Origin: Vicugna vicugna
Taxonomy: Eukaryota
Reading direction: 5' to 3'
Length of the DNA stretch: 64,000 bases
NCBI GenBank assembly: GCA_013265495.1
Contig: MU061578.1
Coordinates: 3,917,308 to 3,981,307, forward strand
The position numbers were made by a program, and so were the translations under genes. This document shows, piece by piece, positions 1 to 13,869 of this stretch. The stretch's first letter is position 1, and the number at the start of each line of letters is the position of its first letter. The notes under the pieces are model-generated. The model was given only the letters and a program-made list of their open reading frames with translations, was not told where the DNA came from and made no database searches.

Positions 1-39
1 GGTCGATGACAACCCAAGAGCAGCGAGCCCACCCCGTGC

Positions 40-455
40 CTGGATTGGGGCCTCTAAGTCCTTCTCCAGTAAAAGGACCGAGTCTCCTTGGAGAAATGAT
101 TGTGGGGCTGATTCTGGGACTGAGGCAGGAAATACACATTGATGAGCCTGGAGTCTGAGACTCTGTCCCAGCCCAGAGGAGCCCAGGGAGACAAGATAGT
201 TAAATGCCATGAGGGACCTGGACGGGGGCCTGGGACAGAAAGAGGACACTAGGAGGAAAGTAAGGAAGTGTGAGTAAACTGTGTAGTGTAGTTAATATAA
301 TGCATCATAGTCGTTCATAATTGACTGACCCCTACCAATGTAAACTGTAAGTAAGAGAGGAGCTTGGGTGTGGAGTATATGGGTATGTCTATACTGCCTT
401 TGCAATTTGTCTATAAACTTAGACCTATTTTGAAAAATAATGTTAAAAAAATGAA
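40..455 (+). mobile_element. Old L1M-type 3' end fragment
   Basis: Typical old L1 3' UTR wording ending in ..tttgcaatttgtctataaactta..aaaaataatgttaaaaaaa. Confidence 0.55.
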
Positions 456-466
456 ATACAGTTTGA

Positions 467-1075
467 GGCCCAGACTGAGCCCAGTGGAGATAACTCAGGC
501 CCCCCGTAGATGGAGTCTCTCTGTCAACCCACCCTCCCCAATGTCCCTGTGCACCCACCTGCCCCTAGGTCCCGTGGTCTCCACCACAGCACCAGTTGCT
601 CAGCCTGGGGCCGTCCATTCCTAACTGTCCTCTGTCCTGTCAGAGCCTGATGACTGAGCTGATTAGGGTCCCTGGGAGGGGCTGGGAGTTTGCTGTGCTT
701 GCTTCCCACCCCAGCTCCCTGCCCAAATCCTAAGCCCAGGCTTGGGGGGGTCCCCTCAGAGACCCGTTAGGTCAGTGCCACCCTCTTAGGTGGGGGGAGA
801 CTGAGACACAGCGGTGGGGGTGGGGGTGCCTGGAACCCTACTAGGATGTGGCTTCTGGGAGGGGCCCAGATTTGTCTCCTTCCAGCCAGCACCTTGGCCT
901 GGAGATGCGGCTCAATAGTGCATGTTCCACATTTGATCTGATGACAAAAATGTATGACAGGGCACCACCTCTGTGGGCGGGGTCTGCACTGATCCCGTGA
1001 AGCCTGCATACCTGGGAAGGTGGCCTCCAGGGAGACCTTCCCTGGTCAGCCAGACCTGAAGGGGGAGACTGGGTC
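467..1075 (-). repeat. Arm 1 of an ancient ~600-bp inverted duplication (partner 10235-10835)
   Basis: The reverse complement shares blocks such as cccagcccctcccagggaccctaatcagctcagtcatca and tttgtcatcag(a/g)tcaaatgtggaaca(t/c)gcact with arm 2. Confidence 0.85.
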
Positions 1076-1154
1076 ACTGCCCAGCCACCTGTACTGCCTC
1101 AGTTCACATCCAGCGCTGGGGATCCCTTTCCCGACCTGCACCCCATTACACACG

Positions 1155-1522
1155 TGGGGACAGAAGGATGGCCCCTCAACAATGTCCTCATCCTAACCCC
1201 CAAAACTGAGATGGCACCCACTGACAGGGCTTTGCAGATGTGCTAAGGTCCCTGGCCTGGAGATGGGAGGTTATCCTGGATTAGTTGATAGGCCCAACAA
1301 CATCTCAAGTTCTTAAAAGTCACAGAATCTTTCCTAGCTGAGGTCAGAAGGAGCCGTGAAGACAGAAGCAGAGTTACAGAGATGTAAGTGTGGCTTCGAT
1401 GATGGAGGAGGGGCCAGGAGCCCAGGGAGGCAGTGCCTCTAGAAGCTGAGAAAGTCAGGATACAGATTCTTCCCTGGAACTTCCAGGAGGAACAGAGCTT
1501 CCCAATACTCGATTTTAGTGCC
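1155..1522 (+). mobile_element. MaLR LTR (MLT1-like), truncated by the adjacent L1
   Basis: Motifs ctttgcagatgtg, gagatgggaggttatcctggatta and cctctagaagctg..cagattcttccctggaacttccag. Confidence 0.7.
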
Positions 1523-4500
1523 ACAAGAAAGGAGAACAAAAAGACCCCCCACAAAACACACACACAAAAAATCTACAAAACAAACCCCAAACAATTAACA
1601 AAATGGCAACAAGAGCATACATATCGATAACTGCCTTAAATGTAAATGGATTAAATGCTCCAACCAAAAGACATAGACTGGCTGAATGGTTTGAAAAACA
1701 AGATCCATATACACGCTGTCTACAAGAGACCCACTTCAGAGCTACAGACACATGAGGCTGAAAGTGAGGGGATGGGAAAAATATTCCACACAAATGGAAA
1801 CCGAAAGAAAGCTGGAATAGTAATACTTATATAAGACAAAGGAGATCTTAAAATGAAGACTGTTACAAGAGACAAAGAAGAACACTACATGATGGTCAAG
1901 GGATCAATCAAGAAAGAAGATATAACAATTATAAATACATATGCACCCAACATGGGAGCACCTCAATATATAAAGCAATTGTTAACAGACATAAAAGGAG
2001 AAATAGACAATAACACAATAATAGTGGGGGACCTTGACGTCCCACTCACATCAATGGACAGATCATCCAGACAGAAAGTCAATAAGGGAATACAGGCCCT
2101 AAATGACACATTAGACCAGATGGACTTAATTGACATCTATAGAACATTCCATTTGAAAGCAACAGAATACACATTCTTCTCTTTGCACACAGAACTTTCT
2201 CCAGAATTGATCGCATGCTGGCCCACAAATCAAGCCTCAGTACATTTAAGAAAACTGAAATCATACCAGGCACCTTTTCTGACCACAATGCTGTGAAGTT
2301 AGACATCAACTACAAGGGAAAAACTGCGAAAACTGCAAACACGTGGAGGCTAAACAATATGCTACCAAACAACCAATGGATCACTGAAGAAATCAAAGAG
2401 GAAATAAAAACATACTTTGAGACAGATGAAAACAAGAACACAATGATCCAAAACCTCTGGGACACAACAAAAGCAGTTCTAAGAGGGAAGTTTATAGTGA
2501 TACAAGCCTACTGCAGGAAACAAGAAAACTCTGAAATAAACAACCTAACCTTACACCTACAGCAGCTAGAGAAAGCAGAACAAACAAAACCCAAAGTTAC
2601 AAGAAGAAAAGCTATGATAAAGATCAGAGCAGAAATAAATGACATAGAGACTAAAAAGATAGGAAAGCTGTATAAAATTAAAAGCTGGTTCTTTGAAAGG
2701 CTAAACAAAATTGATAAAATTTTAGTCACACTCATCAAGAAAACAAAGGAGAGGACCCAAATAAACAAAATTAGAAATGAAAAAGGAGAAGTCACAACTG
2801 ACACCACAGAAATACAAGGGATCATAAGAGGCCACTATGAGCAACCACACACCGACAAAAGAACAACCTAGAAGAAATGGATAAGTTCATAGAAAGATCC
2901 AATTTGCTAAGAGTGAAACAAGAAGAAGTAGAAAATATGAATAGACAATTAGCAGGACTAAATTTGAGTCAGTAATTTTTAAACTCCCAAAAACAAAAAA
3001 AAGTCCAGGACCAGACGGCTTCACAGGCATATTCTACCAAACATTTAGAGAAGAGTCAACACCTATCCTATCCTTCTGAAAGTATTCCAAAAATTTCAGA
3101 GGAAGGAACACTTCTGAACTCATTCTATGAGGCCGCCATCACCCTGACACCAAAACCAGCCAAAGATAACACAAAAAAGAAAATTAGAGGCCCATATCAC
3201 TTATGAATACAGATGCCAAAATCCTCAACAAAATATTAGCAAATCAAATCCAACAATGCATTAAAGAGATCACACAGCATGATCAAGTGGGATTTATCCC
3301 AGACATGCAAAGATTTTTCAATATCCACAAATCAATGTGATAAAGCACATTAACAAATTGAAGAATAAAAACCGTATGATCATCTCAATAGATGCAAATA
3401 AAGCTTTTGATAAAACTCAACATCCATTTATCATACAAATTCTCCCAAAAGTGGGCATAGAGGGAACATATCTCAACATAATAAAGGCCATCTATGACAA
3501 ACCCACAGCTAACATCATACTTACTGGTGAGGAGCTGAAAGCATTCCCTCTAAGATCAGGAACAAAACAAGGATGCCCACTCTTGCCACATTTCTTCAAC
3601 ATAGCTTTGGAAGTCGTAGCCATAGCAATCAGAGAAGAAAAAGAATATAAAGAAATCCTAACCAGAAAAGAAGAAGGAATACCGTAACTGCTCATGGATG
3701 ATATGATACTATATGTAGAAAATCCTAAACAAGCAACCAGAAAAGTGCTTGAGCTCATCAATGAATTTGGTAAAGTTGAAGGATACAAAATTAATATGCA
3801 GAAATCATTTGCATTTCTATACACTAACAACAAAATAGCAGAAAAAGAAATTAAGGAAACAATCCCATTTACCATCACACCAAAAAAAGAATCAAATAGC
3901 TAGGATAAACTTAGCCAAGGAGGCAAAAGACCTGTACCCCAAAAACGATGACCCTGAGGAAAGAAATTCAACACAACATAAACAGATGGAAAGATATACT
4001 GTGTTCTTGGATTGGAAGAATCAACGTTGTTCAAATGGCCATCCTACCCAAGGCAATAGACAGATTCAATGCAATCCCTGTCAAATTACCAATGACATTT
4101 CTCATAGAGCTGAAACAAAACATGTTAAAATTTGTATGGAAACAAAAAAGACCCTGAAAAGCCAAAGCAGTCTTGAAAAAGGGGAATGGAATTGGGAGAA
4201 TCACACTCCCTGACTTCAGACTATACTACAAAGCTACAATAATCAAAACAGTATGGTGCTGGCACAAAAAACAGACACACAGAGCAACGGAGAAAGACAG
4301 AAAGTCCAGAAATAAACCCACACACTTATGATCAATTAATCTATGACAAAGGAGGCAAGAATATACCATGGAGACAAAAACAGTTTCTTCAACACGTCGT
4401 GCTGAAAAAACTGGACAGCTGCCTGTAAAGGACTGAATTAGAACACTTTCTAGCACCATATACAAAAATAAACTCAAAATGAATTAAAGGCCTAAATGCA

Positions 4501-5655
4501 ACACCAGACACTATAAAACTCCTAGAGGAAAACCCAGGCAGAACACTCACTGACATAAATCACAGCAGTATTTTTTTCAAACCAGCTCCTAGAATAATGG
4601 AATTAAATGCAGAAATAAACAAATGGGCTCTAGTTAAACTTAAATGCTCTTGCACAGCTAAGGATACCATCAACAAAACGAAAAGACAACTTACAGAATG
4701 GGATAAAATATTTGCAAATGATGCAACTGACAAAGGACTAATTTCCAAAATAAAGAAACAGCTCATACAGCTTAATATTTTTTAAAAAATCCAATAAAAA
4801 ATGGCCAGAAGACCTGAAAAGGCATTTCTCCAAAGAAGACATCTGGATTGCCGACAAGCACCTGAAATGATGCTCAACATCACTAATTGTCAGAGAAATG
4901 CAAATTGAAAGTACAATGACATATCACCTCACACCAGTCAGAATGGCCATCATTCAAAAGTCCACAGATGACAAATGCTGGAGAGGCTGTGGAGAAAAGG
5001 GAAGCCTCCTACACTGCTGGTGGGAATGCAGTTTGGTGCAGCCACTGTGGAAAACAGTATGGAGATCCCTCAAAAGAATAAGAATAGACTTACCATATGA
5101 CCTGGTAATCCCACTCCTGGGCATATATCCGGAAGGAACCCTACTTCAAAAAGACACCTGCACCTCAATGTTCATAGCAGCACTATTTACAATAGCCAAG
5201 ACAAGGAAACAGACTAAATGTCCATCAACAGATGACTGGATAACGAAGAAGAGGTGGTATATTTATACAATGGAATACTGTTCAGCCATAAAAACGAAAA
5301 CATAATGCCATTTGCAGCAACATATTGCAGCAACTGTCCCTGGAGAATGTTATTCTAAGTGAAGTAAGCCAGAAAGAGAAAGAAAAATACCACATGAGCT
5401 AGCTTATATGTGGAATCTAAAAAAAAAAAATGAACATAAATACAAAACAGAAACAGACTCATAGACTTAGAATACAAACTTGTGGTTGCCAAGGGGACAT
5501 GGGGTGGGAAGGGACAGACAGGGATTTCAAAATTTGTAGATACTGACAGGCATATGCAGAATAGATAGGTAAGATTATACCATATAGCACAGGGAAATAT
5601 ATACAAGATCTTGTGGTAGCTCACAGTGAAAAAAATTTGACCTTCAATGTAAATA
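1523..5655 (+). mobile_element. LINE-1: inter-ORF region, disrupted ORF2 and partial 3' UTR
   Basis: ORF2 starts near ATG 1603 (..LNVNGLN..). The ORF track shows endonuclease, reverse transcriptase ([14 protein letters not shown]) and C-terminal (HCWWEC) fragments. Many stops and frameshifts; no poly(A) tail. Confidence 0.95.
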
Positions 5656-5769
5656 TGTGCCCAGGCAGGGGGAGGTGTCCCCTGGGTACAGGAGAGTCCA
5701 CCCAGATGGCGGTGTTGGGGGAAGCAGGGGTCCAGGAAGCTGCAAGGTGGGGACGTGGGCTGAAGATCC

Positions 5770-6249
5770 CACATGGCCAGCAGGCCCAGAGAGCAGTGAG
5801 GAGGTGAAGTGGGTGGACAGGGAGGAACAAGGGTCACCCTGGCCATGCATGGCGGGGGACAGTGGTGGCAGGGCCCGGTAGGGGAGTGTCGAAGGGAAGC
5901 TGGCACTGGCCTCTCCTGCTATCTCCCCATCACTTCCATCTGCCTGTCCCTCTGCTGATGGTGCTCAGATCCCCAGATAACAAGGTTCCACCGATTGCAG
6001 CATTAACTGTTCAGATAACACCCAGAGATGGACGTTGTCAGACCTCAGGGAGGGCTCGGGGCTACCGTCCGGGGCCAAGGCGGCAGGGCCCCTTCCAGGC
6101 AGGGGGACTTGGGCCCTGGGTCTGAGTCATCCACTTCCGCCACTCTGGATTGGAGGGCCAGCACCCCTCCTCCAACCCTGTCCTGCTCTGTAAGGATAAA
6201 TGGGTGGGGGACGCCTGGCTGGGGAAAACAGCAGCAGGGACAGGCCAAG
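5770..6249 (+). promoter_or_regulatory. Tryptase promoter and non-coding exon 1
   Basis: GATAAA TATA variant at 6195-6200; exon-1 donor AAG|GTGAGG at 6249/6250. Upstream motifs: AGATAA at 5975 and 6013 (GATA), CACTTCC at 5931 and 6132 (ETS), TGAGTCA at 6123 (AP-1), E-boxes CACATG at 5770 and CATCTG at 5937. Confidence 0.7.
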
Positions 6250-6447
6250 GTGAGGAGCCCCACCAGGACCCCGACATCTGGCTAACACTGTGGAGCAGGG
6301 TGTCCGCACCTCAGATCTGGAGCCCTGAGAACCCAGACCCCTAGCCTCGTCTGACCTTTTGCTCCCTGGGTGACCCAGCCTCTAGCTGCACCCTCCACCC
6401 TGCAGTCCCTCAGCCACGCTCCTGCTGCCCCTCCTTTCTCCTTCCAG

Positions 6448-7787
<1,340 letters not shown>

Positions 7788-7986
7788 GCCCAGTCCTAGT
7801 GGCTGCCACCTGAGTAGTGGAGAAACCAGCCCTGTCCTATCCCCACACCACTGCTTCCTGCCAGGTGGTACCCTTCCCCCACCTTCTCCATCCACCTGCC
7901 CTGAGCTCCCATCCTTTCCTGAGCCTCTCCCTGCCCTGAGCCCCTCCCTGCCTGGCCCAGGGTGCAGGCAGTAGGGACTAATCCTC

Positions 7987-7992
7987 ATTAAA
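7987..7992 (+). terminator. Tryptase polyadenylation signal (ATTAAA)
   Basis: ATTAAA 200 nt after the stop codon, followed by a GT-rich stretch. Confidence 0.75.
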
Positions 7993-8502
7993 GAGCATGG
8001 AAAGCAAACTTGGAGGTCGCTGTGTTTCTGGTTGCAGGTGTCACTGAGGGAGAGGAAAGGGGTCCAGGGCACGGCCCCTGAGCACCAGGCCTTGCTATGG
8101 GGATGGCCCCCAGCCCCTGCCCCTTGTGCCCAGGGCTGACTTCTCAGCACACTAGCTTGTGTTGTATAGAACACACATTAGTGATCTGCTATTGTCAGAT
8201 CTAGGTCCCCAGAGGGCTGCCCCACCACACACACATCTCACCTTGCAGACACACCTGTGTCCCATATCGCCCAATGTGGGTTTTTTTTTTTTTGGAAATG
8301 TCTGCTATTTCCTGTTCCTGCTAATGCATAATGCTGCTATTGCTATATGTACTCCTAGCGCTGCCTCCTTATTGGAGATTGTGTTCTAGAGAAGATTCCC
8401 AGAGAACCGCCCCCCTCCACCGCCGTGGCAATGATATATTATTTCCAGAAGGGCTGTTTCCCTTTCGCCTCCCGCCAACCTATCACAGTGCTCCCTACAT
8501 CA

Positions 8503-8965
8503 CTGACCAACGACACATATTCTTTGCTTGGCCAAACTTTATTCAGGCTCCTGAACCTTCTCCTGGGCCCATCTGTACCCTCCTCGTTAAATTCAGTTTT
8601 ACCCAGAACCCTGCTGAGCCAATTTAGAAAGAACCCTCTGCCCTTGGTACCTGGTCACACTTGCTATCTGATCAAAATCCCTCACCCCCTGTCCTAGGTT
8701 TTATCTCCCTGGGCTGTGTCAGCAGGAACCTCTTTTGTTGGTTTAACCAGAATTCCCCCAGAACTGGTGAGACAGTTACTCTTAGAAATTCTCCATCCAC
8801 CAACCCCTTGCTCCTTGGCTATAAATCCCCACTTGTCCCTGCTCTGTTCAGAATAGAGGCCAGTTCTGTACTGGAGTCTCTTTTCCCCAGTTACAACAGT
8901 CCTGAAGAAAGTGTGCCTTTGCCACTTTAACGTCAGCCTGTCTCTGGTTTTCTCTGAATCCAACA
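8503..8965 (+). mobile_element. ERV1-class solo LTR (MER31/MER67-like)
   Basis: ttggccaaactttattcaggctcctgaaccttctcc.. start, TATAAA at ~8820, CA end. Confidence 0.6.
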
Positions 8966-9737
8966 CCTTGATATGATGTGAGATATAATAGACCATGTCA
9001 AAGTGTAATACTGTAAACATGATGCAGAATATATAGTATAATAAATGTGATACACAAGACATAATAAAATAAATGTATCATATGCTACATTGTGGGGGAA
9101 AGCATAATATATATTCAGTATTTGCAATTCTTATAATGACTAGCATCCTTTTGCTGTTTCATTTTGCAAATTGCATTTAGCTCATTCCCTGTGTTTGTCT
9201 AATAGATCATTTCCTCTGGCAACTCTGTCTCTCCTTGGCAATGAGGTTATTGGAGTTCTGGGTTTCTTTTCGTCATTTGAGGTTTCAGACTAAATTAATG
9301 CATTGACACTTTGTCTTATATGGTTGCTGAAAATTGTTTTGTTTGATTTTTAAAGTTGGAGGTGTTTGTGTTTACACATTGAAGATCTAAATTGTTGCAC
9401 ACACGTGCAGAGACACATGCAAACACATGTGTGCATCCTCACGCACAGACATACTTTGAAGCTAATCCTCCTGAACTGATTTCTGTGTCAGATGAGTCTC
9501 CAGAACAAGTGAGGCAGGAGCCTCCTTCGTGTTTCCAAGTCTATCCCCAGCCCCACAGACTTCTGTCCCTGCAGCCCCACTGAGAGAAGGGGACAGAGGG
9601 GCCCCGGGGGTCCACCTCCCAGAGAAACGGAGACCAGGGCCCTAGCTCTTCATCAACTTGCAACTCTGATTTGAAGCTACATATTAGGGCAAGGACTGAG
9701 TTTCTCATTTTCTGTCTTAATCTAGAATCATTTTAAA

Positions 9738-9839
9738 GTTTATTTGTTTGTTTTTTTTTTAATGGAGGTACTGGGGATTGAACCCAGGACCTCATGCATG
9801 CTAAGCACACACTCTACCACTGAGCTATAATCCTACTCC
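9738..9839 (-). mobile_element. tRNA-Ala-derived SINE (camelid vic-1 type)
   Basis: The - strand reads tagctcagtggtagag..cttagcatgcatgaggtcctgggttcaatccccagtacctcca plus an A-tail. Perfect 16-bp TSD CTAGAATCATTTTAAA at 9722-9737 and 9840-9855. Confidence 0.9.
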
Positions 9840-10234
9840 CTAGAATCATTTTAAATTACAAACATAGCACACTCTTGCTGTAAACCCTTGAGGATAGACG
9901 TTTTTGAGAAGATACATAGAAATCCACCCTCATTCCTCATTCCTCTTTCCCCCATTCCACAGGGGGCATCACTGTCCATTATTAGGGGAACAACTTCTGG
10001 AACTTTCTTAAGCCTGTATAATTTGACCTTGGGCGGGGTGGAGTGTAGAAGGAGGGGTATTTCATGGGGAAAGGCTCAGGGGGTGGGGGTGTGGGGGAGG
10101 GGTGGTATGGGAGGACAAGGGTTGGGTACTGGGGGAGGGAGGTGGGTACCAGAGTCAGAGGACTTGAGTCTTTCCAGACTTGCCCCCATACCCTACACTG
10201 GGACAGGTGGCCTGGGCTCTGACCCTGCTCCCCT

Positions 10235-10835
10235 CACCGTCCCCTCCGCATGCCCGGCTGACCGGGCCAGGTTCCCTCCCATGAGGCCACCTTCACAAGT
10301 GTGAAGTCCTCATAGGGTCGGTGCAGGCCCTGCACACAGAGGTGGTACCCTGTCGTCCTTATTTGTCATCAGGTCAAATGTGGAACACGCACTTTTGAGT
10401 CGCAGCCGGGTGCTGACAGGAAGGAGACAAGTCTGGGCCCTGCCCTCACCCCACCCCCACCCAGAAGCCATGTCCTGGTGGACCACTAGGTCGCCCTGCT
10501 GTGCCTCAGTCTCCTCAGCCTAAGAGAGGGGTACTGACCTAGAGGGTCTGTGAGAGACCCCCTAGCCTGGGCCTAGGACCCGGGCAAGGAGCTGGGGTGG
10601 ATGTCCCAGCCCCTCCCAGGGACCCTAATCAGCTCAGTCATCACGCCCTGGCAGGACAGAAGACAGGAAGGGGCTGCCACAGGCCAGGCAGCTGGTGCCA
10701 TGTCTGTCTGATCTGTGTTGGAGACCACAGGAACCAGGGACAGGCTGGGGGACAGGGACATTGGGGAGGGCATGCTGGCACAGAGACTCCAGTCCTGGGG
10801 GCAGGAGCTGTCTCCATTGGGCTCAATCTGGGCCT
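10235..10835 (+). repeat. Arm 2 of the inverted duplication (partner 467-1075)
   Basis: Colinear reverse-complement match to 467-1075. Confidence 0.85.
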
Positions 10836-11619
10836 TGACTGGGACCCTCCTGAGGAACCTCAAAGACCAGGGTCCTGAAAGACAAAGAGGAGGCAGTGTG
10901 TTCCACAGGAACCAAGGAGGGCTTCTTGGAAGGGGTGGCTCTAACTCCAACCCAGTCTAGTTGGGAGAAAAAGCTTTGCAGCCAGGACACCTGGCCCTGC
11001 TGTGGTCTGACTGTGCACCCCTGAGTCTGCCACTTGCTGCCAGGGGATAGTGTCCACATGGGGACAACTGGAGGTGACATGTCCTCCTGCCAGGTGTGCA
11101 GAAGGAACAGGTCGGACCCGCCAGTGGAACCTGGCCCTCAGCTCCTCTCTCTTCCCTCCCACTCTCCCTCCCAGGACTTTCCCGCCCCCTCCTCGGTTGG
11201 TGTGTGGGGAGGGGAATGATTGCAAAGGGAAAGGAGGGACCGTTGAGGGGATGGTGGAAATATTGCATAACTCAGTTATGGTGGTAGTTACATGACTGGA
11301 TACTTTCATCCGATTCATTGAACAGTGAACTTAAAATTGCAAATTTTAAATATGTAAGTGTGTGTTTTCTAAAGGGAGGTACTAGGGGATTCCAGCAGGC
11401 TTTCAACAATGACCCTAGATTCTTCCAGGGAGGGGAGAGGCTTTCCCACACCTGCACAGGAGGCAGGCGCAGCCTCGCTGTTCCAACTCCAAGTTCCACT
11501 CCTCCTGACTCCAAGGCCACAAGACCCCACTCCAGGCCCCTCTTGGTCTTGTCTGGACCCAGGAGCTAAAACCCTCCGTCCTCATTTCCAGGACTGTGGA
11601 ATGTCCCCTCGGACCCTCT

Positions 11620-12110
11620 TCCTATCCGGTGCCTGGCGGGAGGATAGGCGAGAACCGGGGCCGAGACCCTCTTTCCAGCGGGGCTCGCGGGATTAAGGGC
11701 TGAGAGAGGCGAAGCCCACCTGGGGACTGCTGCGTGGTAGGTTCGGGGCGGGGACTGAGCGCGCACCGGGTGCGGCAGCCAATCGGGGCCGCCCTCCTCT
11801 CCCGGCGGCCAAAGAGAGGACACGGGCGCGCGGGCGCCGAGCCTGCCAGCCAATCAGGAGAGACCGCTGTGCGCCCCAGCACCGCTGGATGCCCCGCGCG
11901 CCTTAGTTGGGCGCCGGTTCCGCAGGTCCGAGAGACGCTGTGTCCCAGCCGCGCCCGGAGTCCGGGCGCAGACCCCCAGCGGCTGGCGGAGCGTCGGGCC
12001 GAGCGTCCGACTTGACCTCTAGGGCACGAGTGGGCAGCTGCGGGTGAGGTCGAGGACTGAGGAGAGCTGGGAGGCGCGCCACGTGGGACGGGGGTGGGTG
12101 GGGGACGGTG
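11620..12110 (+). promoter_or_regulatory. CpG island with housekeeping-type promoter motifs
   Basis: Dense CpG; GGGGCGGGG at 11745-11753; two AGCCAATC boxes (CCAAT at 11779 and 11850); candidate donor CGG|GTGAGG at 12043/12044; CACGTG at 12080. Confidence 0.7.
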
Positions 12111-13073
12111 GAGCCAGGCAAGGACAGGCCTTCTTCCCTACTTGCCCAGCTGCACCCTGCCCGGGAGCGTCTCTGCTCACTCTCTGGGTGTCCGCATGCC
12201 CACGGGAGCCAGACCTTAAATAGCAAATTAAAAACCCGTGGGGAAACTCCAAAAAAATGGGGAAAAAAGTCGTTTCCTTCCTTTTTAACAAGGGACCCTG
12301 CCAGTTACGTAGCTTTCCCTGCCTAGGGGGAGCATTAGGGCTCTGCTTTGAGAGCTGGCACCCTCTACATCCCCCACCCCCACTGCACAACCCCACCCCA
12401 GACCATGGGCATCCAGTACACCTCTGGGGGTCTCTGCTTAGGATAAGTGGTCCTGCAGTCCCTCCCTGACGGCTCAGATGAACAGGCCAGGGGAGCAGGT
12501 TTACTAAGCTTTTAGTGTTTGGGGATGGTTGCTGACAGCCCCCAGGGACAGTCCCTCTCCCAGCTTGTGTTTCCATCCTGGTCCAGCTCTTTGCTTTGAA
12601 CAGGTGCAAGTCAAACCACCCACATGCCTTGGCCATCTTTCTGCTAAAGCCAGGCCATGGGCTCCAGCGTCCGCTGGCCACATGGGAGTCAGGGTGTGGA
12701 GTGGGAGAGGCAGGGACAGCAAGGCAGAGGGAGTTTCCTGGCTTTTTATTCTCAGGATGACTCTGGACTCAGTCTTATACTAAATATTCATCAAGCTTCA
12801 GCTCCAAACCAGACACTGTTCTATCGCAGAGATAAGACAGAGGACCCCCCCCACTCCAAGTCCAGGATCCTGCCTGCCTTGTGGGGTCACTTAAGGTTAG
12901 AGAGGGACCTGGGGGTCCTTGGTAAGCATGAGGGAGGCACATCACAGATTCCCTATGATCAGAGCTCTACGTCCTCACTCCATTGTCCTTGAGATACTGA
13001 GGTCCAGAGGGGTCCAGTGACTCCCCAGGCCCCACGGAGGATCAGGACCAAAGTGCCAGCCAGAGGGACTGAC

Positions 13074-13801
13074 CTCGCAGAAGCCCCTCTGGCCCTGGAA
13101 GTAGCCAGCACACAGCATCTCCTTGGTGATGGGCTCTGAGTGACAGAACCTGTGACATCTCTGCAGGCCAGTGATGTGCACATCTACCTCCTGCAGCCTG
13201 TGGGGCTCCAGCAGGGCCACTATGGGTGGGGTGGACAGTCAGGGTGGCAGAAGAGGCTCTCGGGGACCACCAGTTAGGGTGTGTGGCCAAGCCTGCTCAG
13301 GGCAGCAGCTGGACAGGCTCCTTCCTGGGGTAAGCAGTGGCACACCGTGCAGTCAGCAAGGCAGCTGCCTGAGCAAAGATGGTGGTGCAGGATGAGGCAT
13401 GGGCCAGGCCCCAGGGGATGGGGTCGGGGCAGAGAGGCGGGGGGTGATTCATTGCTCCCGGGACAGTGCATTCTGCTTCACCTCTGGGCAGCTGCCTCCA
13501 GCCCCACCCACTTACCCCTCACCCACCATTCTGCCTGATGTCCCCCCAGCCGGTCACCCAGCAGAGGGTGCCCTCGGGGAAGCTGGAGCCCAGCGAGGCC
13601 AGAGGGATGGGTCTGATGGTGCAGGAGAAAGGCACGGGGCGCGCCAGCTTCACCAGGACCACGCCGCCACCCTGGAGTGCGTTCCTGTTGAAGGAGGGGT
13701 GCCGAATGCTGCTGATGGTGGCTGCAGAGACAGAGCTCTGGAGGCTGGTGTGCAGGACAGACTCTCCCAGCTGGACAGTCAGGTCCTGCAGATTCACAGA
13801 G
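13074..13801 (-). pseudogene. Orphan trypsin-family fragment (Asp exon plus the following exon only)
   Basis: Exons 13527-13801 (SVNLQDLTVQLG...GGGVVLVKL...CWVTGWGDIRQN) and 13074-13219 (VALLEPHRLQEVDV...MLCAGYFQGQRGFCE). Both have canonical AG/GT ends and tryptase-type phases. Catalytic Asp is replaced by Gly. No His exon or GDSGG exon was found nearby. Confidence 0.8.
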
Positions 13802-13869
13802 CTGTATGAGAAGCAGGAAGAGACACAATGGGCCATGAGGATGGTGAGTCTGGTGGCATTGGCCCCACC

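Noticed and set aside
1853..5305. Reverse transcriptase and endonuclease ORFs as functional genes
   Set aside because: They are fragments of one L1 ORF2 broken by many stops and frameshifts.
9738..9839. tRNA-Ala genes here and at ~20300, ~47830 and ~51490
   Set aside because: Diverged heads with A-rich tails and TSDs identify these as SINEs, not tRNA genes.
13802..13845. In-frame ILMAHCV upstream of the orphan Asp exon as a fused His motif
   Set aside because: It overlaps the polypyrimidine tract of a canonical acceptor, and no CGGSL or WV motif precedes it, so it is most likely coincidental.
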